Source of the DNA: Spirulina sp.
Lineage (GTDB): Bacteria > Cyanobacteriota > Cyanobacteriia > Phormidesmidales > Phormidesmidaceae
Direction of reading: 5' to 3'
DNA length: 64,000 nt
NCBI GenBank assembly: GCA_044070495.1
Contig: JBIPSI010000007.1
Span: 1-64,000 of the forward strand
The notes under the pieces were generated by a model that was not told the origin of the DNA, searched no databases, and was given only the letters and a program-made list of their open reading frames with translations. Position 1 is the stretch's first letter. Every line of letters begins with the position of its first letter. This document shows positions 19,884 to 29,257 of this stretch, in pieces. Both the position numbers and the translations under genes were made by a program.

Positions 19884-20720
19884 ATGACCGTCTGGCAGTT
19901 GGATTTACACCGTCCTCCCCTGAACAATGAGCAGGGCGAATCGCTGTGGGAATTTTTGGCCTGTAGTGCCGATCTGAATTTTCGCTACGAGGCCCACACT
20001 CCACAAGGCTCGGTCAATGCCGCTTGGGTGATGGCCCAACTGCAAACGGCCATCGCCCAGGCGGGATACACCCCAGAAAAAGTACAGGTGTTTCGGCCTC
20101 AGGCCTTGTCGTTGTTGACCTTGGCGGCGGAAAAATTGGGCCTTAGGCTGATGCCCACCCGCCATACGCTAGCCCTACACCAATGGTTGCGCCAAAAGGC
20201 CGAGGACTATCCCACCCTGGCGAATTTTTCTGGTAGCACCTACGACCCGCTGCATATCGATGCGCCGCCACCCCTGCCCCTGGCGGAAAATCGCTGGGGG
20301 GATCGCTGGGGCTTTGTAACCCTGGCGGCGGGGGATTTTGAGCGCACCTTTCCCCACGAACCCATCCCCATTTGCCAGTTGCAACCGGAATGGTTGCCCT
20401 CAGCGTTAGGATTAGCCAGTACCACGCCCCTGCCAGGAATTGTGATCGATGGCGGACGGCAGGCGATGGCCTTGGCCCAGTGGGTGCAGTCTATCACCCC
20501 AGCGGCCCTGCGCTACATGGCGGGGGATCCCGATGGGCTGATTTTGGATGCGGGGTTGTGTGACCGCTGGGTGATGACCACCTTTACGGACAACACCATG
20601 GCCCAGGCGGGTCAACTGTTTGAGCAGCGCAAGGTCGCCAGTCAGGGGCTACATTTTCTATTGGTGCGTCCCGATGATTCGGGCATGACCTACACCGGAC
20701 TGTGGCTGCTGCGGGGTTGA
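19884..20720 (+). CDS. Tab2/Atab2-family RNA-binding protein (DUF1092)
   Basis: WQLDLHRPPL...WEFLAC, VNAAW, and GLHFLLVRPDDSGMTYTGLWLL C-terminus typical of the family. Confidence 0.85.
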   Translation: MTVWQLDLHRPPLNNEQGESLWEFLACSADLNFRYEAHTPQGSVNAAWVMAQLQTAIAQAGYTPEKVQVFRPQALSLLTLAAEKLGLRLMPTRHTLALHQWLRQKAEDYPTLANFSGSTYDPLHIDAPPPLPLAENRWGDRWGFVTLAAGDFERTFPHEPIPICQLQPEWLPSALGLASTTPLPGIVIDGGRQAMALAQWVQSITPAALRYMAGDPDGLILDAGLCDRWVMTTFTDNTMAQAGQLFEQRKVASQGLHFLLVRPDDSGMTYTGLWLLRG

Positions 20721-20849
20721 GGTGCCTTGGATGCGCCTTGGATTGCGTTGCGTCTAGCCCCTTTTCGGTGTTGAATCGATCTGGGTTGAGTCGATATCGT
20801 TCGTCGATATTTTCGATACCGTTGACGAATTGCCTTCGTGCCTTGTTCC

Positions 20850-20890
20850 GCCCTCACCCCCAGCCCCTCTCCCAGGGAGGAGAGGGGAGC
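20850..20890. repeat. CCCTCTCCC/GGAGAGGG-type palindromic intergenic repeat
   Basis: CCCTCACCCCCAGCCCCTCTCCCAGGGAGGAGAGGGGAG upstream of cysS, with another CCCTCTCCC about 20 nt downstream. Confidence 0.6.
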
Positions 20891-20939
20891 CGGAAACCAC
20901 TTTCAAAGTCCCTCTCCCCAGTCGCTAACCCCATATCCC

Positions 20940-22406
20940 ATGAACCCCGTTCTGTACAACACCCTGACCCGCCGCAAGGAACCCCTGCAACCCCTAGAGC
21001 CGGGACGGGTGAAGATGTACTGCTGTGGGGTCACGGTTTACGACTATTCCCACCTGGGCCATGCCCGCTGCTATGTGGTGTGGGATACCCTGCGCCGATA
21101 CCTGCAATGGCGGGGCTACGAGGTTCACTACGTCCAAAATTTCACCGATATTGACGACAAAATCCTCAATCGGGCCAAGGATGAAGGCTCGGACATGAAA
21201 ACCGTGGCCGAGCGCTACACGGCGGCCTATTTTGAGGACATGGCGCGGCTGAATGTCCTGGAAGCCGATGACTACACCTACGCCACCCGCACCCTCGACG
21301 GCATTCAGCGGTTGATTAGCGAACTGGAGCAAAAGGGTTACGCCTATCCCGCCAATGGCGATGTGTACTATGCAGTGCGGAAGTTTGACGGCTACGGCAA
21401 GCTTTCTGGCCGCAAACTGGAGGACATGCAGGCGGGGGCCAGCGGTCGGGTGAGCGCTGAGGAAGCCGTCAAACAAGACCCCTTCGACTTTGCCCTGTGG
21501 AAAAGCGCCAAGGCAGGCGAACCCTTTTGGGAATCCCCCTGGGGGCCGGGGCGTCCCGGCTGGCACATCGAATGTTCCGCCATGATTCGCGACCGCTTCG
21601 GCGACAGCATCGACATCCACATGGGCGGCAGCGACCTGATTTTTCCCCACCACGAAAACGAAATTGCCCAATCCGAAGCGGCCACCGGGCATCCCCTTGC
21701 TAGCGTATGGATGCACAACGGCATGGTGAACGTGGGCGGCGAAAAAATGTCTAAATCCCTGGGCAACTTCACCACCATTCGGGCCTTGCTGGATGCTGAA
21801 AACGCCCCAGACCCCATGGCCCTCCGGCTGTTTCTGTTGCAGGGCAACTACCGCAAACCCGTGGACTTCACAGACGAATCCATCGCCGCCGCCCAAAATA
21901 GCTGGCACACCCTACAAGAGGGGCTGCGGTTTGGCTTCCAATTCGGGGAAAAACTAGGCTGGGAGCTTGCCCCGGAATCCCTTGAATCCGCAAGCATGAT
22001 TGACCGAGAATCCGCCCCCGTCCAAGCCTTTCAATCGGCCATGGATGACGACCTCAACACCGCTGGGGGCCTCGCCGTGCTGTTCGATCTCGCCAAGGAA
22101 TTGCGGCGGGCGGGCAACCTGATCACCCACACGGGCCAAGCCGATACGGATGCCGCCACCCTGCGTCAGCACTGGCACACCCTGGTTAACCTGGCCCAAG
22201 TCCTTGGACTAGAAGCGCGTCCCGAAACCCCCGAAGCGTCTACAGGTGGACTATCTGACGACGAAATCGAAGCCCTGCTAACCCAGCGGAAAGACGCCCG
22301 CGCCGCCAAGAACTTTGCCGAAGGGGATCGCATCCGCGACCTGCTCCAGGCGGAGGGCATTACCCTGATCGACAAACCGGGCGGCGTCACTGAGTGGCAT
22401 CGGTAG
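20940..22406 (+). CDS. cysS: Cysteine--tRNA ligase
   Basis: LYNTLTR, YCCGVTVYDYSHLGHAR, PGWHIECSAM, FPHHENE and KMSKS motifs; ATG at 20940. Confidence 0.98.
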   Translation: MNPVLYNTLTRRKEPLQPLEPGRVKMYCCGVTVYDYSHLGHARCYVVWDTLRRYLQWRGYEVHYVQNFTDIDDKILNRAKDEGSDMKTVAERYTAAYFEDMARLNVLEADDYTYATRTLDGIQRLISELEQKGYAYPANGDVYYAVRKFDGYGKLSGRKLEDMQAGASGRVSAEEAVKQDPFDFALWKSAKAGEPFWESPWGPGRPGWHIECSAMIRDRFGDSIDIHMGGSDLIFPHHENEIAQSEAATGHPLASVWMHNGMVNVGGEKMSKSLGNFTTIRALLDAENAPDPMALRLFLLQGNYRKPVDFTDESIAAAQNSWHTLQEGLRFGFQFGEKLGWELAPESLESASMIDRESAPVQAFQSAMDDDLNTAGGLAVLFDLAKELRRAGNLITHTGQADTDAATLRQHWHTLVNLAQVLGLEARPETPEASTGGLSDDEIEALLTQRKDARAAKNFAEGDRIRDLLQAEGITLIDKPGGVTEWHR

Positions 22407-22418
22407 ACTCCTAAGGTG

Positions 22419-23030
22419 TTAGGATTCTGAGCTGACGGCCTCCTGTAGCGCCTGCTGCACATCGGGGATAAACACCGCATACATGCCGCGCAGGTCGCCT
22501 TCTTTAAAGTCGTAGGCGAGATCTTGGGGATAGTTGGCCTTCACAAAGTCGGGGCGGGAATTTTTCATGCCGTGGCAGGCCAAACAGCTTGCCTCAACGT
22601 TGATGCGCCGATAGTAACGGGTGCCCGGTTGGCCGTTAAGGATATCTTTTTCCCAAAGGCCCATGAGTTCCGGGTTTTGCTCAAACTTGGCTAGGGCCAT
22701 GGTGGCGTGGGGCGTGTCGAGGGCGTGGTCGGGGTTGCGGTATTTCTTGGCCAGTTGCTTCACCTGCCAGCCGTTTTCCTTACTGAGTTCCATCGCCTTC
22801 ATGCCCACGGGCTTGCAGACCTGCTTCATAGTCTCTGCCGTGGGTGGTTCTGGCGCATCTTTTAAATAGGACGCCAAGCCACTCCGCAGGGCATCCAAAT
22901 TTTCCACCGCTTCCACGGCCTTCGCCAGTTCCGTTGGGTTCACCTCAGCCTGGGCTAGGGCCGGTTGCCAGCCCCATGCTAGCGCCATCAAACAGAGTCC
23001 TAAGCCTAAACGCAAAAACCATTTCATCAC
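22419..23030 (-). CDS. Tll0287-like (DUF3365) c-type heme protein with signal peptide
   Basis: Signal peptide, VCKPVG, KYRNP, CLACHG heme motif, YPQDLAYDFKEGDLRG. Confidence 0.88.
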   Translation of the reverse strand: MMKWFLRLGLGLCLMALAWGWQPALAQAEVNPTELAKAVEAVENLDALRSGLASYLKDAPEPPTAETMKQVCKPVGMKAMELSKENGWQVKQLAKKYRNPDHALDTPHATMALAKFEQNPELMGLWEKDILNGQPGTRYYRRINVEASCLACHGMKNSRPDFVKANYPQDLAYDFKEGDLRGMYAVFIPDVQQALQEAVSSES

Positions 23031-23178
23031 GGCAAATCCTTTTGGCTAAACGTTACGTCAATTGTTTCAGTCGTTTTTTAGAGCATGGGCGAGATCGGGG
23101 TAGACCGAAACATTTCTCAACTCCCAATCTACGAACCTCGACACACACAGATCCCGTTTCTGGGGGCAACCTCCTGGG

Positions 23179-23319
23179 AGATCCCCCTAAATCCCCCTTG
23201 CGAAGAGGGACTTTGAATCTGGCTGATTCCCTGGCAGCAGGGGACTTTGAATCCGATTCCCCTCTTTCCAAGGGGGCCTTGAATCCGATTTCCCCTTCCC
23301 AAGGAGGCTAGGGGGGATT
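23179..23319. repeat. GATCCCCCTAAATCCCCCTT-type multi-hairpin repeat (REP/SDR-like)
   Basis: Starts GATCCCCCTAAATCCCCCTT, internal hairpins each followed by TTGAATC, ends GGCTAGGGGGGAT; shorter copy at 28339-28414. Confidence 0.8.
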
Positions 23320-23324
23320 CCATC

Positions 23325-24647
23325 CTAAGCAGGTTGCGAAGGCAAGTGGCTGTCCACCGTCTGGGGTTCCGAGGGCCGATAGTCGCTCAGCAGCTTGAGG
23401 CCAAACAGCGTCCGCAGACCCAGGCGTTCGTACCAGGGCATCCCTACCCCAAAGCGCATTTTGGCCATGAAGTATTCTTCAAAGGCGGCTTTTACCCACA
23501 CCACCCAGGGGCCACGGGCGGCGTAGGACTGCTTGCGCTTGCCCGTAGCGGGATCGGGAATCACCGGGGCGGCGATGTAGGCGATGCCCGTTTCGCCAAA
23601 TTCGGCAAAGCAGAGGGCATCGAGGGTGGGCACTTGCAGCGGGCCGTGGATGGCACCAAGATCCACCGCAATATTGTGGGCGGCGGCGGTGGCCATGGCT
23701 TCGGCCATTTGTCCGCTCTTGGGCAGGCCAATGGGGACTTTGGTTTGGTCGGGCTGGGCCAGTTTAATGCTCACCCCGGCGGCGTAGATCTCAGGAAATT
23801 CCGGGTGGCGCTGGGTGGGCAACACAGGAATAAAGCCCTTTTCGTCGGCCAAACCGGGCACTTCGCGGATGAACTGGGCACCCCGGAAGGAGGGCAAAAT
23901 CATCGAGTAGCGGAAGGGAATTTGACGACCATCGCTGAGGATGACAGCATCGGGGCTGACCTGGGTAATGGCGGCATTGTCGATGAATTCCACCCCTCGT
24001 TTTTCCATCAGGTCGGCGGTGAGTTCACGGGCATTTTTCACCCCAGAAACCCCCAAATGCCCCACGTAGGGTTCCGGCGTGATGTAGGTGATGGGCACTT
24101 GGTCGCGAATGCCCAGGCGGCGTAGCTCCCGCTCGGCCATCAAAATAAATTCGTAGGCGGGGCCAAAACATCCAGCACCGGGGGCCGCACCCACCACCAT
24201 CGGCCCAGGATTTTTCACAAAGTCGCGCCATGCTTCCCGCGCCGCTAGGGCATGGTCGGGGGTGCAGACCGATTGGGTATAGCCGCCGTGGGGGCCAAGG
24301 CCGGGGACGAGATCGAAGGCGAGGGAGGCCCCCGTGGCGATGGTGAGGTAATCATAGGACAGCGTATCGCCGCTGGATAGGGTGATCTTCCGCTGTACCG
24401 GATCTAGCCCCGTCACCCGATCCTGCACCAAGTTGAGCTTGTGGCGTTGGGCCAGGGGAGCCAGATCCAACTGAACATGCTTCATGGATTTGAGATCCAG
24501 CGCCACCTGGATCAGTCCTGGAATGAAGGTGAACTTGTCATGCTCAGAAATCAGCGTCACCTGATGTTCGGCGGGGAGAAAGTGCCGTAGCTCATAGGCC
24601 GCAGGCAACCCACCTAAACCAGCCCCAATCACAACAACGTTAGCCAT
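23325..24647 (-). CDS. sqr: Sulfide:quinone oxidoreductase
   Basis: VVIGAGLGG FAD motif; cysteine motifs QSVCT, GAGCFGPAYE and LCFAEFG; PKSGQMAE. Confidence 0.92.
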   Translation of the reverse strand: MANVVVIGAGLGGLPAAYELRHFLPAEHQVTLISEHDKFTFIPGLIQVALDLKSMKHVQLDLAPLAQRHKLNLVQDRVTGLDPVQRKITLSSGDTLSYDYLTIATGASLAFDLVPGLGPHGGYTQSVCTPDHALAAREAWRDFVKNPGPMVVGAAPGAGCFGPAYEFILMAERELRRLGIRDQVPITYITPEPYVGHLGVSGVKNARELTADLMEKRGVEFIDNAAITQVSPDAVILSDGRQIPFRYSMILPSFRGAQFIREVPGLADEKGFIPVLPTQRHPEFPEIYAAGVSIKLAQPDQTKVPIGLPKSGQMAEAMATAAAHNIAVDLGAIHGPLQVPTLDALCFAEFGETGIAYIAAPVIPDPATGKRKQSYAARGPWVVWVKAAFEEYFMAKMRFGVGMPWYERLGLRTLFGLKLLSDYRPSEPQTVDSHLPSQPA

Positions 24648-24824
24648 AGCGAGATCCTTTATCGATGAAGAGTGATGTTTTGAACGAGCCGTAAATTCCA
24701 GAGAAGGTATCGGCCAGACAGGCTACACCCAAGTCCATTAGGCCATCGGAGCCGATATGCTCCCGTGTCTCCGTAGAACTCAAGTCTGATTATTTGACTA
24801 TTTTACCATCTAGTTATATATTTA

Positions 24825-24837
24825 GAGAATGATTCTC
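24825..24837. promoter_or_regulatory. Palindromic operator candidate (Fur/PerR-like) in the divergent sqr/DUF302 promoter
   Basis: GAGAAT-G-ATTCTC perfect inverted repeat in an AT-rich intergenic region. Confidence 0.4.
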
Positions 24838-24883
24838 ATCGTATTTATTTCGTTTCGTAAACTTAGGTAAGGATTTTTGGCCC

Positions 24884-25291
24884 ATGTATCACTTCAGTAA
24901 AGTTGTCGCCGCCTCCTTTGATGACGCCATTGCTCTAGTCACTGAGGCGCTGCGCCAGCAAGGCTTGGGCATTCTCACCGAGATTGATGTGCAAGCCGCC
25001 TTCAAGAAAAAGCTGGATGTAGACTTCCGCCGCTACAAAATTCTGGGGGCCTGTCATCCCCAGGTGGCCTACGCCATGCTGCAAACCGACGACAAAGCGG
25101 GCGTGCTCTATCCCTGCAATGTTGTTGTGCAAGAACACACCGATGGCCGCGTGGAAGTCTCCGCCGTGGATCCCCTGGCGATGTTTTTGATGATTCACAG
25201 CCCCCGAGCCAAGGAAATTGCCCTAGACGCCAGCCAAAAAATGCAGGCCGTCATGGCCCAACTGCCCGAAGCCGTTTTGGTCGCCGCGTAG
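24884..25291 (+). CDS. DUF302-domain protein
   Basis: GLGILTEIDVQAAFKKKL..YKILGACHP...LYPCNVVV family signature. Confidence 0.9.
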   Translation: MYHFSKVVAASFDDAIALVTEALRQQGLGILTEIDVQAAFKKKLDVDFRRYKILGACHPQVAYAMLQTDDKAGVLYPCNVVVQEHTDGRVEVSAVDPLAMFLMIHSPRAKEIALDASQKMQAVMAQLPEAVLVAA

Positions 25292-25302
25292 AGCATCGGT
25301 TC

Positions 25303-25369
25303 AGAAACCCGGTTTCTATCTTGGTAAACACCAAATCTCGTATACCACTCGATGAGAAACCGGGTTTCT
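25303..25369. repeat. Paired AGAAACC(C/G)GGTTTCT quasi-palindromes with 37-nt spacer
   Basis: AGAAACCCGGTTTCT at 25303-25317 and AGAAACCGGGTTTCT at 25355-25369. Confidence 0.75.
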
Positions 25370-25421
25370 CGTCACCATCAATACCCTGCCCCTCCAACAC
25401 CCCTCACACCGATCAATCGCA

Positions 25422-25958
25422 ATGGACAACACGTTCCCCCTCGACGAAACCCCTTCCCTATCGCGACGGCAACTGCTGAACTTCCTCACCGGAGCTACCG
25501 TTGCCGCCACAGCGGGGTCTGCCCTATATCCCGTCGCCAAGTTTATGGTGCCCCCCACCGCCGCCTCTGCCGGGGGTGGACTGATCGCCAAAGATAAACT
25601 GGGCACCCCCATCCCCGCCAGCCAAATTTTGGCGGAACCCCCAGGCACCCGCGCCTTAGTGGCCGGACTCGCTGGGGAACCAACTTACTTGACCGTGCTC
25701 GACGACAAATCCATCGACCCCATGGGGATTGTGGACAACTGCACCCACCTGGGCTGCACCTTCCCCTGGAACCCGTTGGATCAGCAGTTTCAATGCCCCT
25801 GCCATGGCTCCCGCTATAGCCCCGACGGTGCGGTGGTGCGCGGCCCAGCGGATCGGCCCCTCAAGCTTACCCGTGTCGAGGTGCGTGACAATGCCATCTG
25901 GCTCTACCCCTGGACAGAAACCGACCCCCGCACGGGATCTACCCCCTGGTGGGTCTAG
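25422..25958 (+). CDS. petC: Cytochrome b6f Rieske iron-sulfur subunit, PetC2-like isoform
   Basis: Tat motif SRRQLL, CTHLGC and CPCHGS ligands, DPRTGSTPWW end; IVDNCTHLGCTFPWN resembles the PetC2 type more than PetC1. Confidence 0.93.
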   Translation: MDNTFPLDETPSLSRRQLLNFLTGATVAATAGSALYPVAKFMVPPTAASAGGGLIAKDKLGTPIPASQILAEPPGTRALVAGLAGEPTYLTVLDDKSIDPMGIVDNCTHLGCTFPWNPLDQQFQCPCHGSRYSPDGAVVRGPADRPLKLTRVEVRDNAIWLYPWTETDPRTGSTPWWV

Positions 25959-26053
25959 GGTTTCGCCACTCATCGGCAGAATCTTAAACAAGGGGCTTAA
26001 GCCCCTTGCCAAGCAATTCATATCCACTGATTAACCAAAGGCAGGCGTTTACT

Positions 26054-27052
26054 GTGTGGAAATTTCTAGGATTTATTCAAAAAAATCTAGTTTGGTCGGT
26101 ACCGATTTGCATGATTGCAGGGATTTTAGTGGGGGCCGTTATTAACCCAGCTCCGCTGAAGGCATTGATTATTCCTCTCACCTTTTTGATGGTTTACCCA
26201 ATGATGGTAAACCTGCAAATTCAGGAGGTGCTATCTGGGGGCGATACCAAGGTTCAGGTCGTCACCCAGTTGATTAACTTTGCCATTGTGCCCTTTTTTG
26301 CCTTTGGTATGGGGCAATTGTTCTTTGCCGATCAGCCCCTTGTGGCCCTAGGATTACTGCTCGCTTCCTTGCTGCCCACCAGTGGTATGACGATTTCCTG
26401 GACAGGGTTTGCCAAAGGAAACGTCAGTGCCGCCATTAAAATGACCGTAGTAGGGCTAATCCTAGGTTCCGTCGCAACGCCTTTCTATGCCAAGGGACTG
26501 ATGGGTGCGGTGGTTGAAATTCCCCTGGCAGACATTTTTCGGCAAATTGTTATTATCGTCTTCTTGCCCATGCTGCTGGGTTTAGCCACCCGTGCCGTGC
26601 TCATTCGCACCGTAGGGGCCGATAAGTATCACAAGAATCTTAAACAGAAATTTCCAGCTTTTTCGACCCTGGGCGTATTAGGTGTAGTCTTCGTGGCGAT
26701 GGCTCTCAAGGCTAAGGATATTATTGGGAACCCCATGATTCTGCTGTCGTTTCTAGTACCCTTGGCGATTTTGTATGCGGGAAATTTTCTGCTTAGTACC
26801 ATTGTCGGCAAGCTGTTCTTTAACCGGGGCGATGCCATTGCTCTCGTCTACGGTACGGTGATGCGAAATCTCTCCATTGCCCTGGCCATTGCCATGACCA
26901 GTTTTGGCAAAGAACAAGGTTCAGAAATTGCCCTTATTATCGCCATGGCCTACATCATTCAGGTGCAGGCAGCGGCTTGGTACGTAAGGTTTACTGACCG
27001 CATCTTTGGCCCTATTCCCCAGAAACTACCGACTCCCCAGTCTCAGAATTAG
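26054..27052 (+). CDS. ACR3/bile acid:sodium symporter-family transporter (arsenic-resistance-like)
   Basis: LMVYPMM, INFAIVP, LLPTSGMTISWTGFAKGN and MRNLSIALAIA motifs; probable GTG start at 26054. Confidence 0.85.
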   Translation: MWKFLGFIQKNLVWSVPICMIAGILVGAVINPAPLKALIIPLTFLMVYPMMVNLQIQEVLSGGDTKVQVVTQLINFAIVPFFAFGMGQLFFADQPLVALGLLLASLLPTSGMTISWTGFAKGNVSAAIKMTVVGLILGSVATPFYAKGLMGAVVEIPLADIFRQIVIIVFLPMLLGLATRAVLIRTVGADKYHKNLKQKFPAFSTLGVLGVVFVAMALKAKDIIGNPMILLSFLVPLAILYAGNFLLSTIVGKLFFNRGDAIALVYGTVMRNLSIALAIAMTSFGKEQGSEIALIIAMAYIIQVQAAAWYVRFTDRIFGPIPQKLPTPQSQN

Positions 27053-27338
27053 CCCGTTGGTGCTGAATGACGGCTTGCCGAAAACCCAGTACCACGAAAA
27101 TATTCGACAGGGTTAAAAACGCTTCGGCTCCGCCGTGAAGCCAGTCAATGTTGGCTAGCTCCTCGTTGAGGGTTACTTTGGCATAAAGTCCGGCTGGAAT
27201 GGTTACCGCTACAAAAATCAGCAGCGCATAGAAGCCAAACAATGCCATTTTAGGAGTGGCTTTGGTGCGCGTTAAAAACCACAAAAATCCTAGGTAAGGA
27301 AACAGGGACAGGGCAAAGAGGCTGTTTTTATCGAGCAT
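27012..27338 (-). CDS. DUF3593-family membrane protein
   Basis: LFALSLFPYLGFLWFL...LANIDWLHGGAEAFLTLSN. Confidence 0.85.
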   Translation of the reverse strand: MLDKNSLFALSLFPYLGFLWFLTRTKATPKMALFGFYALLIFVAVTIPAGLYAKVTLNEELANIDWLHGGAEAFLTLSNIFVVLGFRQAVIQHQRANSETGESVVSGE

Positions 27339-27565
27339 GGGGCGAAAAACTAGACCTTAGGGATGTGGGAACCGCCTAGACTTCGGCTAGCGGCTGTGCT
27401 GAAGGAGCGAATCGTTCAGATCGATCAACCTCGATCATAGGCCGCTTTATCTTATCAAGCGGGTGGGCTGATCCATCGAACTGGCCCAGAATCACAGGCT
27501 ATCTAGGGGATGGCTTGGACGGAGGAACCTAGGCGGTAACTCCAGCAACTTTTTTGAATCTGGGT

Positions 27566-27591
27566 GCATCCAAAGGCGGCGGTGCCCCGTA
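27566..27591 (+). promoter_or_regulatory. Candidate ECF (SigK-like) promoter of the CHRD gene
   Basis: GCATCC-N15-CCGTA about 57 nt upstream of the ATG at 27649. Confidence 0.55.
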
Positions 27592-27648
27592 CTACCTAGG
27601 AACCCTGGCTGACAGGGTTGTGTAAATTGGTGTACTCAGATAGAAGCA

Positions 27649-28275
27649 ATGGTTTACAACAAAACGATCTGGCGACGATTGGGCCTAGCCGTATGTGCGG
27701 CGCTGTTAGCGGTGGGGTTGGCTTCCCCAAGTTGGGCGCGGCTGGTGCAGCCCAGGGTGGCCCCGGCGGCTGAAATCAGCCAAACCCTAGGCCAGCAGGT
27801 AGATATGAACCTCTCGGCAGCACGGGCGGCCCTGTTGGCCCAGGGAACCATGACCCAGCCGATGATGACCTATGTGGCCATGCTGAGTCCGCAGAATGTG
27901 GTGCCCAATGCGCCGCGTAGCTATGCCCAAGGGGCTGTGGGTGCGGTGCTATCGGGAGATCGCCTGGTAGTGCGGGCCAGTTTCCGAGAACTCTCCAGCG
28001 GTCTGCGGAATTACCAGATGGATCCGGTTGATCCGCCCAACCCCAACATTACCTCGGCGTTTCACATCCATCGGGGCAGCCCTAGCGAAAATGGGCCGTT
28101 CCAGTATGCGCTGGAGGTCATGCTCAACCCGACCGGGATGGGCGGCGATGCCCAGGGCGACTTTACCCTCACGGCAGAACAACTCCAGGCGTTGAACAAC
28201 GGGATGCTCTACATCGACCTGCACACCACCCAAAATCGGGGCGGTGAACTGCGCGGGATGCTGATGTCAGCCTAG
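27649..28275 (+). CDS. Secreted CHRD-domain protein
   Basis: Signal peptide; AFHIHRG...ENGP and LYIDLHT.QNRGGELRG CHRD motifs. Confidence 0.88.
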   Translation: MVYNKTIWRRLGLAVCAALLAVGLASPSWARLVQPRVAPAAEISQTLGQQVDMNLSAARAALLAQGTMTQPMMTYVAMLSPQNVVPNAPRSYAQGAVGAVLSGDRLVVRASFRELSSGLRNYQMDPVDPPNPNITSAFHIHRGSPSENGPFQYALEVMLNPTGMGGDAQGDFTLTAEQLQALNNGMLYIDLHTTQNRGGELRGMLMSA

Positions 28276-28338
28276 GGGCGGCTCTGTAGCCCACCTACTG
28301 CTTATATACATCTTGTTTCCGTGTCGCAAGTCTTTGGA

Positions 28339-28414
28339 GATCCCCCTAAATCCCCCTTATAAAGGGGGACTTTGAATCCAGTTCCCCCCTTCACAAGGGG
28401 GGCTAGGGGGGATC
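28339..28414. repeat. GATCCCCCTAAATCCCCCTT-type repeat, second copy
   Basis: GATCCCCCTAAATCCCCCTTATAAAGGGGGACTTTGAATC...CCCCCCTTCACAAGGGGGGCTAGGGGGGATC. Confidence 0.8.
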
Positions 28415-28664
28415 AACCCTAAGAACCCAGCGGAATAGAAACTTATATAAACGGTAGGTCACCCAGTGAGGGGATTGTCGTTGCCACGGATCATGAGGCG
28501 GTGGCGATCTCTCCATTGATCGGGTTCAGCCTGGGTGATCTAGCCTGGACAATTCGGACTTTCAGCTTCAGGATGTTGATGCCCCTCTTCCGATCACGAC
28601 TGGCATTGGGCTTCAACATGGGTAGCATCCCGGTAGCAGGTAGGGCAGACTAGGACGGGTAGGT

Positions 28665-29252
28665 ATGGGTCTAGTCGCTATGGATGTTGGGCAACCCCGC
28701 TCAGTCGGTGCGCCGACGGATGAAGCCCTGTGGCTGGCGCTACGGGCGGGGCAGCAAGACGCCTTGGGGCCGTTGTATGATCGCCACGCGGGTTTGGTCT
28801 ATGGCATTGCGCAACGGCTGCTCGGCAACCCCCAGGAGGCGGAGGATCTGACCCAGGATATTTTCATCAAACTGGCCCAAACCAGCACCTACGACCCCCA
28901 AAGGGGATCCCTACGAACCTTTTTGGCGGTAATGACCCGATCCCGCGCCTTGGATCGCCTGCGTAGCCGTGCCGCCGTCCGGGATTCGGTAGCACGCCTG
29001 CAAACCGTTCAGCCCGCCCAGCCCCCCACCCCAACGGACAGCCTGCATCAGTCGGAGCAATCGACCCAGGTGCAGGCGGCCCTCGCCCAGCTTTCCGACC
29101 CCCAGCGTCAGGTTCTACGCATGGCCTATTATGAGGGCATGACCCAGGCCACCATTGCCGAACAACTCAATGCGCCCCTAGGCACCGTGAAGGCCCATGC
29201 GCGACGGGGGTTGCTCCGGCTGCGGCAACTGCTTCACGATTATCGAGATTAA
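28665..29252 (+). CDS. ECF RNA polymerase sigma factor (SigK-like)
   Basis: LYDRH, AEDLTQDIF, YDPQRGS, RSRALDRLR and YYEGMTQATIAEQLNAPLGTVK. Confidence 0.93.
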   Translation: MGLVAMDVGQPRSVGAPTDEALWLALRAGQQDALGPLYDRHAGLVYGIAQRLLGNPQEAEDLTQDIFIKLAQTSTYDPQRGSLRTFLAVMTRSRALDRLRSRAAVRDSVARLQTVQPAQPPTPTDSLHQSEQSTQVQAALAQLSDPQRQVLRMAYYEGMTQATIAEQLNAPLGTVKAHARRGLLRLRQLLHDYRD

Positions 29253-29257
29253 CCGCC

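Noticed and set aside
20838..20939. N-terminal extension of CysS in the ORF track
   Set aside because: It is read-through of a palindromic intergenic repeat; similarity to CysS begins at the ATG at 20940.
20994..21908. Long antisense ORFs (also 9874-10512, 13521-14165, 23334-24125, 52932-53822)
   Set aside because: They are shadows of GC-rich, codon-biased genes on the opposite strand and have no recognisable motifs.
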